NCBI GenBank assembly: GCA_043821645.1
Contig: JBDRCO010000089.1
Coordinates: forward strand, 1-64,000
Direction: 5' to 3'
Origin: Pseudomonadota bacterium
Lineage (GTDB): Bacteria; Myxococcota; JACRCW01; JAFGSX01
Length of the DNA: 64,000 nt
In this document: one piece after another, positions 18,882 to 28,484 of the stretch
How positions within the stretch are numbered: the stretch's first letter is position 1
Layout: each line of letters opens with the position of its first letter
Position numbers and translations under genes: made by a program
Notes under the pieces: model-generated
The model's input: only the letters and a program-made list of their open reading frames with translations
The model's database searches: none
What the model was told of the DNA's origin: nothing

Positions 18882-20192
18882 ATGACAGGGTCCCGGGTGC
18901 GCATCATCGGTGCAGGTCTGGCAGGCTGCGAGGTGGCCTGGCAGCTTGCCAGGGCCGGGCTCGAGGTGGAGCTGTGGGAGCAGAAGCCCCTGCAGCGAAC
19001 ACCCGCCCAGTCGAACGATGGCCTGGCAGAGCTGGTCTGCTCGAACTCCCTGCGATCGGACCAGCTGGGCAATGCCGTGGGCTTGCTCAAACAGGAGCTC
19101 CGGCTCTGCCGATCCGGTCTCATGCAGTGCGCGGACCACAGCCGGGTGCCCGCGGGTTCGGCGCTGGCCGTGGACCGGCGCCAGTTCAGTGACCAGGTCG
19201 AGTCGCTGCTGGGGAGCTGCCCGTCCCTGCAGATCCAGCGCGGGGTGTTCACGCACCTCCCCGACGACGGCGTGGCCACAGTGCTGGCCACAGGGCCACT
19301 CACCCAGGGGCCGCTGGCCGCCCAGCTGGCGGAGCTGACCGGCGGTGATGCGCTGCATTTCTATGACGCCATTGCACCCATCCTCGAGACCGAGGGCATC
19401 GATCGCAGCATCGTGTTTGCCCAGAGCCGCTACGATCGGGGTGATCCCGAGGACTACCTCAACGTGCCCCTGGACGAGGAGGCGTATCACCTCTTCGTGC
19501 ACGCCCTGTGCGCGGCGCCCAAGGTGACACCGCGCGATTTCGAGGACAGCGCCTGCTTCGAGGGATGCCTGCCGGTGGAGGTCATGGCCGCGCGCGGGCC
19601 CCTGGTGCTGGCCTTTGGCCCCATGAAGCCGGTGGGGCTGGTCGATCCGCGCACCGGCCGGCGCCCCTTTGCCGCGGTGCAACTTCGCAAGGAGGACCCC
19701 GCAGGGACCGCGCGCAACATGGTGGGTTTCCAGACCCGGCTCACCTGGCCCGCGCAGCGCGAGCTCTTCTCCGGACTGCCCGGTCTGGCTGGGGTCCGAT
19801 TCCAGCGCCTGGGGAGCATGCACCGCAACAGCTTCCTGGACGCCCCCCGGGTTCTCGATGACGCTTTGCGCCTGCATGCGTCACCGCATCCCTGGGTGGC
19901 GGGCCAGCTCGCTGGATCCGAGGGTTACGTCGAGGCCATCGCCGTGGGGATGCTGGTCGCACGCTCCGTGCTCGATCATGTCGCGGACCGCAGCTTTCTC
20001 CCGCCGCCTCCCACCACGGCACTGGGTGGCCTGTATCGGCACCTTCGGGACAGCAGCAAGCCCTTTGGCCCGTCCAATGTCACATGGTCCATGATCCAGG
20101 TGGAGACGGGTGGGCGTGGCCGTGGCGAGCGCCGCACGCGAGCTGCGGAGCATGCGCTGACGCAGGTCACAACCTGGAGAGGGCAAGAATGA
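18882..20192 (+). CDS. trmFO: Methylenetetrahydrofolate--tRNA-(uracil-5)-methyltransferase
   Basis: IIGAGLAGCE, ELVCSNSL, FYDAIAP, FEGCLPVE, VGFQT, MHRN, EGYVEA. Confidence 0.95.
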   Translation: MTGSRVRIIGAGLAGCEVAWQLARAGLEVELWEQKPLQRTPAQSNDGLAELVCSNSLRSDQLGNAVGLLKQELRLCRSGLMQCADHSRVPAGSALAVDRRQFSDQVESLLGSCPSLQIQRGVFTHLPDDGVATVLATGPLTQGPLAAQLAELTGGDALHFYDAIAPILETEGIDRSIVFAQSRYDRGDPEDYLNVPLDEEAYHLFVHALCAAPKVTPRDFEDSACFEGCLPVEVMAARGPLVLAFGPMKPVGLVDPRTGRRPFAAVQLRKEDPAGTARNMVGFQTRLTWPAQRELFSGLPGLAGVRFQRLGSMHRNSFLDAPRVLDDALRLHASPHPWVAGQLAGSEGYVEAIAVGMLVARSVLDHVADRSFLPPPPTTALGGLYRHLRDSSKPFGPSNVTWSMIQVETGGRGRGERRTRAAEHALTQVTTWRGQE

Positions 20193-20195
20193 TAA

Positions 20196-20258
20196 ACACC
20201 ACCAAAACGGTGTAAATAAACAATAAATATTGACAGATCCGATGATGTATTCCATTAT
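20196..20258 (+). promoter_or_regulatory. Sigma70-type promoter with AT-rich upstream tract and an ACACC-N8-GGTGT dyad
   Basis: TTGACA 20230-20235, 17-bp spacer, CATTAT 20253-20258; dyad at 20196-20213. Confidence 0.6.
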
Positions 20259-20310
20259 CCCACCAGTCAACTGACCGATGAACAACTGTTCAGGGGGAGG
20301 GGGTACCAAC

Positions 20311-20631
20311 ATGACCGAGCAACGCAATAACGAGCGCGTTCCCAGCAACCTCAAGCTCAAGGTCAAGGAGTACATCAAGGGCAAGATGCTCAGCTATCGC
20401 ACCCATGATGTCAGCTCCTCGGGCGTGTTCCTGCGCACCCGCTCACCGCGCCTGGTGGGCGAGACCCTGCTGCTGCACTATCCGGTGCCGGGCAGCCGCG
20501 ATGTGGTGCGGGTCGAGGGCGAGGTGGTGCGTGTCGTCGACAAGCATGCCGTGCGCGCGAACCCCAAGCTCGAGCGTGGCATGGGCATCGCCTTCGTGCG
20601 TGCGATTGACCCCCAGCCTGCCGTTCGCTAG
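20311..20631 (+). CDS. Stand-alone PilZ domain protein
   Basis: RxxxR (RNNER), DxSxxG (DVSSSG), GEVVRV...GMGIAF. Confidence 0.88.
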   Translation: MTEQRNNERVPSNLKLKVKEYIKGKMLSYRTHDVSSSGVFLRTRSPRLVGETLLLHYPVPGSRDVVRVEGEVVRVVDKHAVRANPKLERGMGIAFVRAIDPQPAVR

Positions 20632-20690
20632 CGTCTCCCCGACTTCAGCTCGATGTTGAGCTTGCGGCGCCTTGCGGCGCTGCCGCGCGG

Positions 20691-21353
20691 ATGCGCCAGA
20701 CGCCTCCGCGAGCAGGGGAACGCGTGGCCAGCCGTTCGACACGATCTCCGCGACCCACCGCCTCCAGGCCTCCAAAGCGGAAGCCGCAGCGTCCCTCCAC
20801 CGCCACCCCGCATCGCGGCGCTGGCGGATCCACCCGCTCCGAGCCCCTGCCCGTGGCACCGCCGGCCTGGCTGGTACCCAGCGGCCCCGACCAGCACGAA
20901 CGCCGCCGCCGGCCACGCGCCAGGGCCGAGTTCCCGGCACGTCTGTATGGTGGCGACGGACGGGATACTTATCTCGAGGCGAAGCTGCAGTCTGGTGATG
21001 TGAGCGTGTCAGGCGTGTTCCTGCGCTCGACCTTCTTCCTGGCCCTGGGCACCGCCGTGCGCGTCGAGTTCGAGGTGCCCGGGATAGGTACCGTGCAGGC
21101 CGGCGGGCATGTGGTGCGAGTGCAGGAGGCCGTCGAGCCGACGGGTTTTGCCATCGAGTTCGAGTCCTTTGGCGAGGGCTCACTGGAGGCACTGGTCTCG
21201 GTGTTCCTGGCCGACGAGGTGCGGCGCTTCGTGGAGATCTACAGCCGCCGTCGCCGCGGCGAGCGTGATGCGCCCACACCCACCAGCCTGCTGCACGGCA
21301 TCCTGGCCTGGGAGATCTACCGCTCGACCGAAGAGGGCGCGGATCACGACTGA
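20691..21353 (+). CDS. PilZ domain protein with low-complexity N-terminus (start uncertain)
   Basis: ERRRRPR, DVSVSGVFL, GHVVRV...GFAIEF. Confidence 0.8.
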   Translation: MRQTPPRAGERVASRSTRSPRPTASRPPKRKPQRPSTATPHRGAGGSTRSEPLPVAPPAWLVPSGPDQHERRRRPRARAEFPARLYGGDGRDTYLEAKLQSGDVSVSGVFLRSTFFLALGTAVRVEFEVPGIGTVQAGGHVVRVQEAVEPTGFAIEFESFGEGSLEALVSVFLADEVRRFVEIYSRRRRGERDAPTPTSLLHGILAWEIYRSTEEGADHD

Positions 21354-21391
21354 ATCTTGCCCGGGCGCACGCCTGCCCTTAACGTGGTGGA

Positions 21392-22291
21392 ATGCGTGCC
21401 TGGGTCCAGCTCTTCATCGAACACCTCGAGCACGAGCGGCGCGCAAGCCCGCAGACCGTCCGGGCCTACCGCAATGACCTCGAGCAGCTGTGCAGCTACC
21501 TCGAACAGCGCGCGCTGCCCGGGGCCACGGATCCGGCGCGGCTGGATCACATCGCGCTGCGTGGCTACCTGGCCTGGCGCCTGGTCGAGACCTCGTCACG
21601 GACCACCGCACGCAGCCTGAGCGCGGTGCGGACCTTCTTGCGCCATCTGGTTCGTCAGGGTGTGCTGGCGCGCAACCCGGCCATGCTGGTCGATGCCCCC
21701 AAGCAGCCCAAGCTGCTGCCGCGGCCTCTCGACGTGGACGACGCCTTTGCACTGTGCGAGCAACCTGCGCTCGCCGACCGCGAGGGGTTGCGCGATCGCG
21801 CCATTCTCGAGCTGCTCTACGGCGCCGGGCTGCGCGTGGCCGAGCTGTGTGGGCTGGACCTGGTCGACCTGGATCATGGCGCGGCGCAGGTGCGCGTGCT
21901 GGGCAAGGGACGCAAGGAACGCCTGGTCCCCTACGGAAGCAAGGCCCGCGAAGCGGTGGCGGCCTACCTTGAGCACAGGCGCGGCTGGCATGCCGAGCCT
22001 GGACACGAGCGAGCACTGTTCCTGGGCCGCCGCGGACGGCGGCTCGATACCCGCGTGGTACGGCGTCTGGTCGCCCGCTACGGGCTGCAGGCCGGCGCGC
22101 GTGGCCGGGTGTACCCACACCGACTGCGCCACAGCTTTGCCACGCACCTGCTCGAGGGGGGGGCGGACCTGCGCGGCATCCAGGAGCTGCTCGGACATGC
22201 CTCGCTGTCCACCACTCAGAAGTACACCAAGGTCTCGTTGCAGCATCTGCTCGAGGCCTACGACAAGGCGCACCCGCGCGCCCAGGACTGA
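21392..22291 (+). CDS. xerC: Tyrosine recombinase XerC
   Basis: SPQTVRAYRNDL, LLYGAGLRVAEL, GKGRKER, HRLRHSFATHLL, LLGH, TTQKYT; near trmFO. Confidence 0.92.
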   Translation: MRAWVQLFIEHLEHERRASPQTVRAYRNDLEQLCSYLEQRALPGATDPARLDHIALRGYLAWRLVETSSRTTARSLSAVRTFLRHLVRQGVLARNPAMLVDAPKQPKLLPRPLDVDDAFALCEQPALADREGLRDRAILELLYGAGLRVAELCGLDLVDLDHGAAQVRVLGKGRKERLVPYGSKAREAVAAYLEHRRGWHAEPGHERALFLGRRGRRLDTRVVRRLVARYGLQAGARGRVYPHRLRHSFATHLLEGGADLRGIQELLGHASLSTTQKYTKVSLQHLLEAYDKAHPRAQD

Positions 22292-22347
22292 TGGCAGGTC
22301 CGCAGTCTGCTATAGTTCGCGTTCCTGTACTTCGCGGTGGGTTGACC

Positions 22348-22929
22348 ATGCCTCGCCTCTCCGTGTCGCTGTCGCTTCTGCTGCCAATGTCGCTTCTCGT
22401 GTCCTCGGGACGTGCCAGCGTGATCGTGCCCCTCGAGGTGCCGGATCTGGTGCGGCTGGCGGACCGCGTGGTCGTGGCGAGCGTGGGCGACGGCCGCGCG
22501 CACTTCGACGACACGGAGCGGCGCATCGTCACCGACACCGAACTCGTGGTGCACGAGGTCCTCAAGGGAGGGCCCGAAGCGAGGCTGGAGGTTCGCACCT
22601 CGGGTGGCGTGGTGGGTGAGCTGGGTCAGCAGGTCTCCGGCTCCGCGGTGCTGCAACGCGGTGCGCGGGTTCTCATCTTCCTCAGGGACCTGCCGGCGGT
22701 CGACACACCCCGGCCCCTGTGTCAGGTCGTGGGTCTGTCCCGCGGAATGTTTATCCTGCGCACCGACGACGGCGGTAACGAGGTCGCGACGCAGCAGCTC
22801 CCGGGGCTCGAGGTGCTGGATCCCGCCACCGGTCTCGCGCACCCCGCGCAGCCCGCCGCCCTCGACGCCCAGGCACTGCGCCGGCAGATCCGCGCGCTGG
22901 ACCGGGTGCCCGCTGCCAGATCGCGCTGA
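22348..22929 (+). CDS. Secreted hypothetical protein preceding the matrixin genes
   Basis: Signal peptide; LVRLADRVVVASV...IVTDTELVVHEVLKG...GGVVG...VLIFL. Alternative start at 22291. Confidence 0.75.
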   Translation: MPRLSVSLSLLLPMSLLVSSGRASVIVPLEVPDLVRLADRVVVASVGDGRAHFDDTERRIVTDTELVVHEVLKGGPEARLEVRTSGGVVGELGQQVSGSAVLQRGARVLIFLRDLPAVDTPRPLCQVVGLSRGMFILRTDDGGNEVATQQLPGLEVLDPATGLAHPAQPAALDAQALRRQIRALDRVPAARSR

Positions 22930-22936
22930 GGCCGGG

Positions 22937-24028
22937 GTGGCGCGGCTCTCCATTGTCAGCATCGCGATGGTTGTGCTCGCGGTCGAGCCTGCCCGGGGCT
23001 ACGAGCTGGCGCGCGCTGCCGACGGCACGCCTCTCGAGGGTGTGGTGCTGCCGGTCCATCTCCAGGTTCTCGTCGATGACGCGCTGCTTGGTGACGGCGA
23101 TGGCGGCGAGCTCGGCGCCCGGGCTGCGGCCTGGCGGGCCTCGCTGCGCTGGGAGCAGCCAGACTCCAGCCGCGCGCACTTCACGCGACGCACGGCGCAC
23201 GATCCCGCGCCCGCGGACGGTGGTGCCCAGGTGACCATCCGCGCGCTCACCGAGGACTGGCCCGCCGAGTACGGGTCACCCCTCGCCACCGTGGCTTTCA
23301 CCGTGGTCCAGGTCGATGAGGGGGCAGGACGCATCACGGCTGCAGAGGTCCTCCTCAATGCCCAGGGCTTCGCGTTCAGTACCAGCGATCAACCCCGGCG
23401 TCTCGACGTCGAGGGGACGGTGAGTCACGAGCTGGGGCACGCCTTGAGCCTGGAGCACAGCTGCGGCGAGGCCTGGGGTACTTTCCCCGACTGTGCGCAG
23501 CTTCCCGATGCCGCGCGCGCAGGTATCGAGGAAGCCACCATGTACCCGGCGGCGAGTCCCGGAAACACCTGGCAGCGAGATCTGGCAGAGGATGACGTGG
23601 CCGGGCTGAGCGCACTGTATCCGGCGGATCCTGCGGCCATACCCCCGGTGCTGCTGCCGATCTGCGCCTGCAGCGGGGGCACGGTCCTGCTCGCCGTCGA
23701 CAGCATGCCGGGTTCGTCGGCCATCGAGATCTTCCGCGGTGACGATCGCCAGGTCCTAAAACTCGAACCCGCGACCTGCCAGGCCGGCGCTGCGCTGTGT
23801 CGTCGCACGGCGAGACTACCGGTGCTACCAGGCCAGCGTTTTGATGTCGAACTCACGGACCTGGACAGCGGCAAGCGGGCGGTGGTGTTCGATACCCTGT
23901 GCGAGCCCTGCACCGAAGACCAGGATCCCCCGGTGGAGACGTCGGGATGCCATTGCGGGCTGGCCACGGGCACGCTGGTGCCGCTACCCTGGGTCTGGTT
24001 CCGAAGGAGGCGGCCGTGCCGCAGGTGA
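22937..24028 (+). CDS. Matrixin-family (M10-like) metalloprotease with MYXO-CTERM-like tail
   Basis: HELGHALSLEH, Met-turn ATMYP, C-terminal GCHC...WFRRRR; GTG start inferred. Confidence 0.82.
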   Translation: MARLSIVSIAMVVLAVEPARGYELARAADGTPLEGVVLPVHLQVLVDDALLGDGDGGELGARAAAWRASLRWEQPDSSRAHFTRRTAHDPAPADGGAQVTIRALTEDWPAEYGSPLATVAFTVVQVDEGAGRITAAEVLLNAQGFAFSTSDQPRRLDVEGTVSHELGHALSLEHSCGEAWGTFPDCAQLPDAARAGIEEATMYPAASPGNTWQRDLAEDDVAGLSALYPADPAAIPPVLLPICACSGGTVLLAVDSMPGSSAIEIFRGDDRQVLKLEPATCQAGAALCRRTARLPVLPGQRFDVELTDLDSGKRAVVFDTLCEPCTEDQDPPVETSGCHCGLATGTLVPLPWVWFRRRRPCRR

Positions 24029-24873
24029 TGAGGATCTCGGTCCTGGCGTTGGGTCTCTTGCTGGGTCAGGGAGCCCGGGCCTACCTGTGCTCACGCGTTC
24101 CCCCAGCCGGTCCCTCGCTGTACTGGAACACGCGCGAAGTGTCCTTCGCGCTCAACGCCGAGGGCGATCCCCGCATCACGGATGGGAGCGAGCTCGAGGC
24201 CTCGCGTCTCAGCTTCGCCACCTGGGCTGCCGTGGCGTGCACCGATCTGCGCTTCGTCGAGCAAGCTCTGACCAGCGCCCGCCTGGTGGGCTACAACTGG
24301 CGCGACCCTGCCCAGAACGAGAACCTCGTGGTGTGGCGCTCGGGCCGACAGTCCGACCCTTCCGATGCCTGGCGCCACGAGCCGGGTTCCATTGCAGTGA
24401 CCACCACCACCTTCAAGAGTCGCAGCGGAGAGCTGCTCGATGCCGACGTCGAGTTCAACGCCGAGGTCTACACCTTCACGGCGTGCACGCCCCCCGAGAT
24501 CGGTTGCACCGTGCAGTACGACGTGCAGAACACCCTGACGCACGAGATTGGCCACGTGATCGGGCTGGACCACCCACCGCTCACGCAACCAGGTGTCACC
24601 GACACCACCATGTACCAGTCCGCGCCGCGCGGTGAGCTCAAGAAGCGCGACCTGGACCCGGACGACGAGGAAGGTCTGTGCTTCATCTATCCGGCTGGCG
24701 GCCCGGCGGGTCAATGCGATCCCGCCAGCCCGGACAGGGGGCCTGAACCCATCATCAAGCAGGTCGGCAGCGACCCCGACACCGGCTGCGTGTGCCGCGG
24801 CGCAGGGGCGACAGGACTGGCTCCGGCGTTGCTGTTGATTTTGCTGCTCGCGGTCCGCCGTCGACTGAATTAA
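24028..24873 (+). CDS. Matrixin-family metalloprotease, myxosortase-dependent type
   Basis: HEIGHVIGLDH, TTMY, GCVC...LLLILLLAVRRR; TGATG overlap with the previous gene. Confidence 0.88.
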   Translation: MRISVLALGLLLGQGARAYLCSRVPPAGPSLYWNTREVSFALNAEGDPRITDGSELEASRLSFATWAAVACTDLRFVEQALTSARLVGYNWRDPAQNENLVVWRSGRQSDPSDAWRHEPGSIAVTTTTFKSRSGELLDADVEFNAEVYTFTACTPPEIGCTVQYDVQNTLTHEIGHVIGLDHPPLTQPGVTDTTMYQSAPRGELKKRDLDPDDEEGLCFIYPAGGPAGQCDPASPDRGPEPIIKQVGSDPDTGCVCRGAGATGLAPALLLILLLAVRRRLN

Positions 24874-25022
24874 CTTACGAAACGGGCACGTCGTGATCCG
24901 CGCCAGCTGCGCGGTGCGACCTCACGAGGTGTCAGAACACACCGGGGTATGCGCCGGGCAGCGCGATCCTGTCATGGGTGTGATCTGTCTGTGAGGTCGG
25001 GAACCGAACCGAGGACAGCACG

Positions 25023-26348
25023 ATGTCTCGGCTGATGCTCTATCAGGATGACCAGCGCGTCGGGGAGCACATCCTCATGCGGGCCGTGGTCTCCCTGGGC
25101 CGGCATCCGGACAACGACATCGTGCTCAACGACCTGTCGCTATCGCGCTTTCATGCGCGCATCGAGCGCCGCGGCGACCGTTACGTGGTGGTGGACCTCG
25201 GCAGCCAGAACGGGGTCTTCCTCAACGGCGTGCGCATCTCGGGGGAAGCACCGATTCGGCCCGGGGACAGGGTCGGCATGGGGCGTTACGTCGGGGTCTT
25301 CAACGAGGGCGCCGAGCGGCGCGTGCGGTCGAGCGAGAGTGAGACCGAGAAAGCCACTCCCGGTCTCGCGGCCGACAGCCCGTCGCTGGTGCTGACCCAT
25401 CACGGCGTGGAGGTCGATCGTTTCCCGCTCAAGGCCGAGGGCGTGGTCATTGGCCGCTCGCAGCGCTGCGATATCGTCATCGGCCTGCTCGCCCTGTCCC
25501 GGCGACACGCGCGCGTCCGTCAGGCCAGTGACGCTGGCTGGTATGTCGAGGATCTGGGCAGCCAGAACGGCACCTATCTCAACGATCATCCCGTGGCGGC
25601 CCCGACGAAGCTCTCGAGTGGCGACGTGCTCAACTTCTTCGAGTACTCCCTCGTGTTCTCGGGCGACGGCGCGGCCGTCGGGCTTGCTCCCCCGGCTGCA
25701 CCGGGGGGCCGGCTGGCCACCGCCGAGGACAAACCGAGACTCAAGAAGCCCAAGCCCAAGACCCGCAGGCCCAAGGAACGTTCCGCGGGCGTGGCTCCAC
25801 CGCGCAAGCCCGTTGGCCCCGTCGACACCTTCGAGGATCACCACGTCGTCTCCGAGGTCATCGAGCTCAGTGTCGACGATGTCGAGGAGCTGTCGCCGGA
25901 GTACGACGGCGTGCTGCAGACCCGGGCGGACCGCAACTACTCCGCCGCGGAATCCACGGCCGAGGACAACCCGCCTCCGGCTGGTGCGAAGGTGCACCGC
26001 AGCTGGCCCAGTTCCGCCGATACCGCGGTGGCCCTGGCCGCGTCGCAGCGTCCTGCCGCCGTGGGGCGCATCGAGGTTCTGGTCGACGGCAAGACCGTGA
26101 CCGAGGTGCCCCTGGCCCTGGGTGCGGTGCGTATCGGGAGCGATGCGCGCTGCGACGTGGCCCTGCCGCCGCTGCCCGGGATCGCCCCCTGGCATTTGCT
26201 GGTGACGGCCGTGGGGGAGGCGGTGTTGATGCTCCGAATTGGCGATGCACCGGCGCCCCGGATCGAGAATCGAGCTGTGTACCAGGCTTTCCTGGTGCCC
26301 GGCGAGAAGGTTGACCTGGGACGCGCGTCCATCGTGTATCGCGCCTGA
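25023..26348 (+). CDS. Multi-FHA domain protein
   Basis: Two intact FHA domains (GR...SRxHA...DLGSQNG) and a degenerate third (IGSDARCDV...APWH). Confidence 0.88.
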   Translation: MSRLMLYQDDQRVGEHILMRAVVSLGRHPDNDIVLNDLSLSRFHARIERRGDRYVVVDLGSQNGVFLNGVRISGEAPIRPGDRVGMGRYVGVFNEGAERRVRSSESETEKATPGLAADSPSLVLTHHGVEVDRFPLKAEGVVIGRSQRCDIVIGLLALSRRHARVRQASDAGWYVEDLGSQNGTYLNDHPVAAPTKLSSGDVLNFFEYSLVFSGDGAAVGLAPPAAPGGRLATAEDKPRLKKPKPKTRRPKERSAGVAPPRKPVGPVDTFEDHHVVSEVIELSVDDVEELSPEYDGVLQTRADRNYSAAESTAEDNPPPAGAKVHRSWPSSADTAVALAASQRPAAVGRIEVLVDGKTVTEVPLALGAVRIGSDARCDVALPPLPGIAPWHLLVTAVGEAVLMLRIGDAPAPRIENRAVYQAFLVPGEKVDLGRASIVYRA

Positions 26349-26451
26349 GCACGACCGGTCGTGGGCCTGCCCGCGGCGCGGGTCCCTGATTCCTCGCCGG
26401 GATGGCGGACCGAACACGGTGGGGGGGCGACGTTTTCGGGGGAAGCACCGC

Positions 26452-27441
26452 GTGTCCATTCACACACCGCTCACCGACGAGGAGGCCCGCGACTGGTTGA
26501 TGCTCTACAACGTGGGCGCGTTCAAGCAGTTGACGCCGGCGCGGGGCTCCTCGAGCAACACCGTGTACCTGGTGACGACGGACCAGGGGCGCTACGTCCT
26601 GAGGGTCGCGGAGCGGCGCCGCTTTCGGGACCTGGTGTACGAGAAGGATGCCCTGGTGTTCCTGGCGGACGCGGGGCTGAGCTTCGAGATTCCCCGCATC
26701 CAGCCCAACGTCATCAACGGCTACCTCACCCCCGTGTTCCACGAGCGGTACGCCTCTTTGTTCTGCATCGTCGACGGACGGGCTCTGGGCCGCTGGGAGA
26801 TCGAACCCGGCCACTGCGCTCAGCTTGGCCGGGCCCTCGGAGAGATGCATGCCCGCGGCACGGGCTTCAAGGGTTACCGCCGCCACCCCGAGAACGTGGA
26901 CCATACCCTGGCGCAGCTGCGCAGCATCACCCAGGCTCCCGACGAGGAACTGCGCTTCGCCGAGGCTGCCGGGCGGGACCTCGGGGGGCTGCGGCGCGAT
27001 CTTGCTGCCCGGGTTCCGCACGCTCTGCTGCATGGGGAGCCCACCCCGGAGCACGCGAGATTCCGGCGCGGGCAGCTGCGCGGTCTGATCGATTTCGAAC
27101 GTGTGGCGCGAGGCCCCGCCGTCTACGACCTGGGCCAGGCACTCGTCACCTGGGGACTTGGCGACGACGAAACCCTGAACAGCGATCGCTGCCAGGCTCT
27201 CCTCGATGGCTACCAGCAACAGCGAGCGTTGCGCCCGCAAGAAGGCAGGACCCTCTGGGCCTGGGCCTGCTACGCTGCCCTGGTCACCGCGGTGGAGCAG
27301 CTGGTGCGCTACGAACTCCGCGAGCACACCGAAGGGCAGCGTTTCAAGGATTACCGGGCGGCTGCCCGGCGCTGGAACGCGGTGCATACCCGTGGGCGCC
27401 GCGGCTTCGCCCGCGACTGCGGGTTGAGCCCCGGACTCTGA
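26452..27441 (+). CDS. Homoserine kinase type II / APH-family phosphotransferase-like protein with degenerate catalytic loop
   Basis: N-terminus VSIHTPL, GRYVLR, LGRALGEMH, GLIDFE; the HxDxxxxN motif reads HGEPTPEH. Confidence 0.78.
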   Translation: MSIHTPLTDEEARDWLMLYNVGAFKQLTPARGSSSNTVYLVTTDQGRYVLRVAERRRFRDLVYEKDALVFLADAGLSFEIPRIQPNVINGYLTPVFHERYASLFCIVDGRALGRWEIEPGHCAQLGRALGEMHARGTGFKGYRRHPENVDHTLAQLRSITQAPDEELRFAEAAGRDLGGLRRDLAARVPHALLHGEPTPEHARFRRGQLRGLIDFERVARGPAVYDLGQALVTWGLGDDETLNSDRCQALLDGYQQQRALRPQEGRTLWAWACYAALVTAVEQLVRYELREHTEGQRFKDYRAAARRWNAVHTRGRRGFARDCGLSPGL

Positions 27442-27492
27442 AACACCGTCGAGAAGACGGCGGATCTCGCGATTACCGGGCGAGGTGTCAGG

Positions 27493-28398
27493 ATGCTGAA
27501 TGCGTTTCTCGCGTTGTCATTGACCGTTGTGGCGACGGAAACCGGCACGGTAGACCCCCCGTTCACCACCGAGGGGCTGGAGCAACCCTTCGAGCGTGGC
27601 CAGCCAGGCTTGCTCTGGCTCACCGCTCGTGCGCCCGTGGCCAGGGTCGAAGGAGAACTGCTGGGCAGGCCCACCCTCTGGGTGCCCTGGTCCCGGGGCC
27701 GGGTGCTGGGACTGATCGCCGTCGCCGTGGACGACACCCTCGGCTCCCAGGTGCTCAGACTGCGCTACGCCTCCGCCGCTGGCGAGACACGGGAGGTGGA
27801 GATTCCAGTGCAGGTGATCGAGCGGGACTACCCCAGCGATACCCTGCGCGTGGCGCCTCGCTACACCAAGCTCAGCGCGCGCGACAAGAAGCGCGTGGCC
27901 CGGGAGCGCCGCCGCCTCGATGCCATGTGGCAACAGCGGAGCCAGGAGCGCCTGTGGCGGGGATCCTTCGTCCGTCCCATCGACACCAAGGTGACCAGCG
28001 TGTTCGGGGAGCGGCGAGTGTTCAATGGCAAGCAGCGCTCGCGCCACCTCGGGCTGGATCTCGACGGCAACGGTGGCGAGTCCATCGTCGCCGCCAACCG
28101 AGGACGCGTGGCCCTGGCCGAGGCACTCTTTTACTCGGGCAACAGCGTCATCCTCGACCACGGCCAGGGCTTGTACACGCTGTATTTTCACATGCAGCAG
28201 ATCGACGTGAAGGAGGGCGACCTGGTCGACAAGGGCCAGCGCCTCGGCACCGTGGGCAAGACCGGGCGCGTGACCGGACCTCACCTGCATCTCTCGGTCA
28301 AGCTTGCTGGCGTCTACCTCGATCCCAGCGCGGTGCTGGCCCTGGACCTCGAGGGCGATCCCCTGCAGGTGCCAGCGTCGTCGGCCCCGGCGCCGTGA
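27493..28398 (+). CDS. M23 family metallopeptidase
   Basis: HLGLD (HxxxD), DHGQGLYTLYFH, GKTGRVTGPHLH. Confidence 0.93.
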   Translation: MLNAFLALSLTVVATETGTVDPPFTTEGLEQPFERGQPGLLWLTARAPVARVEGELLGRPTLWVPWSRGRVLGLIAVAVDDTLGSQVLRLRYASAAGETREVEIPVQVIERDYPSDTLRVAPRYTKLSARDKKRVARERRRLDAMWQQRSQERLWRGSFVRPIDTKVTSVFGERRVFNGKQRSRHLGLDLDGNGGESIVAANRGRVALAEALFYSGNSVILDHGQGLYTLYFHMQQIDVKEGDLVDKGQRLGTVGKTGRVTGPHLHLSVKLAGVYLDPSAVLALDLEGDPLQVPASSAPAP

Positions 28399-28484
28399 GC
28401 ACGCAGGATCCGCCCCGGGTGTGGTAAGCTGGCGGCCTCAGCAAGGGGTCGAGCGGACCGCCGAGGACAGAGGGAGTCGCTGAC

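Noticed and set aside
21392..22291. Tyrosine recombinase as a mobile-element integrase
   Set aside because: Size, motifs and trmFO proximity fit housekeeping XerC; no att sites or mobile cargo seen.
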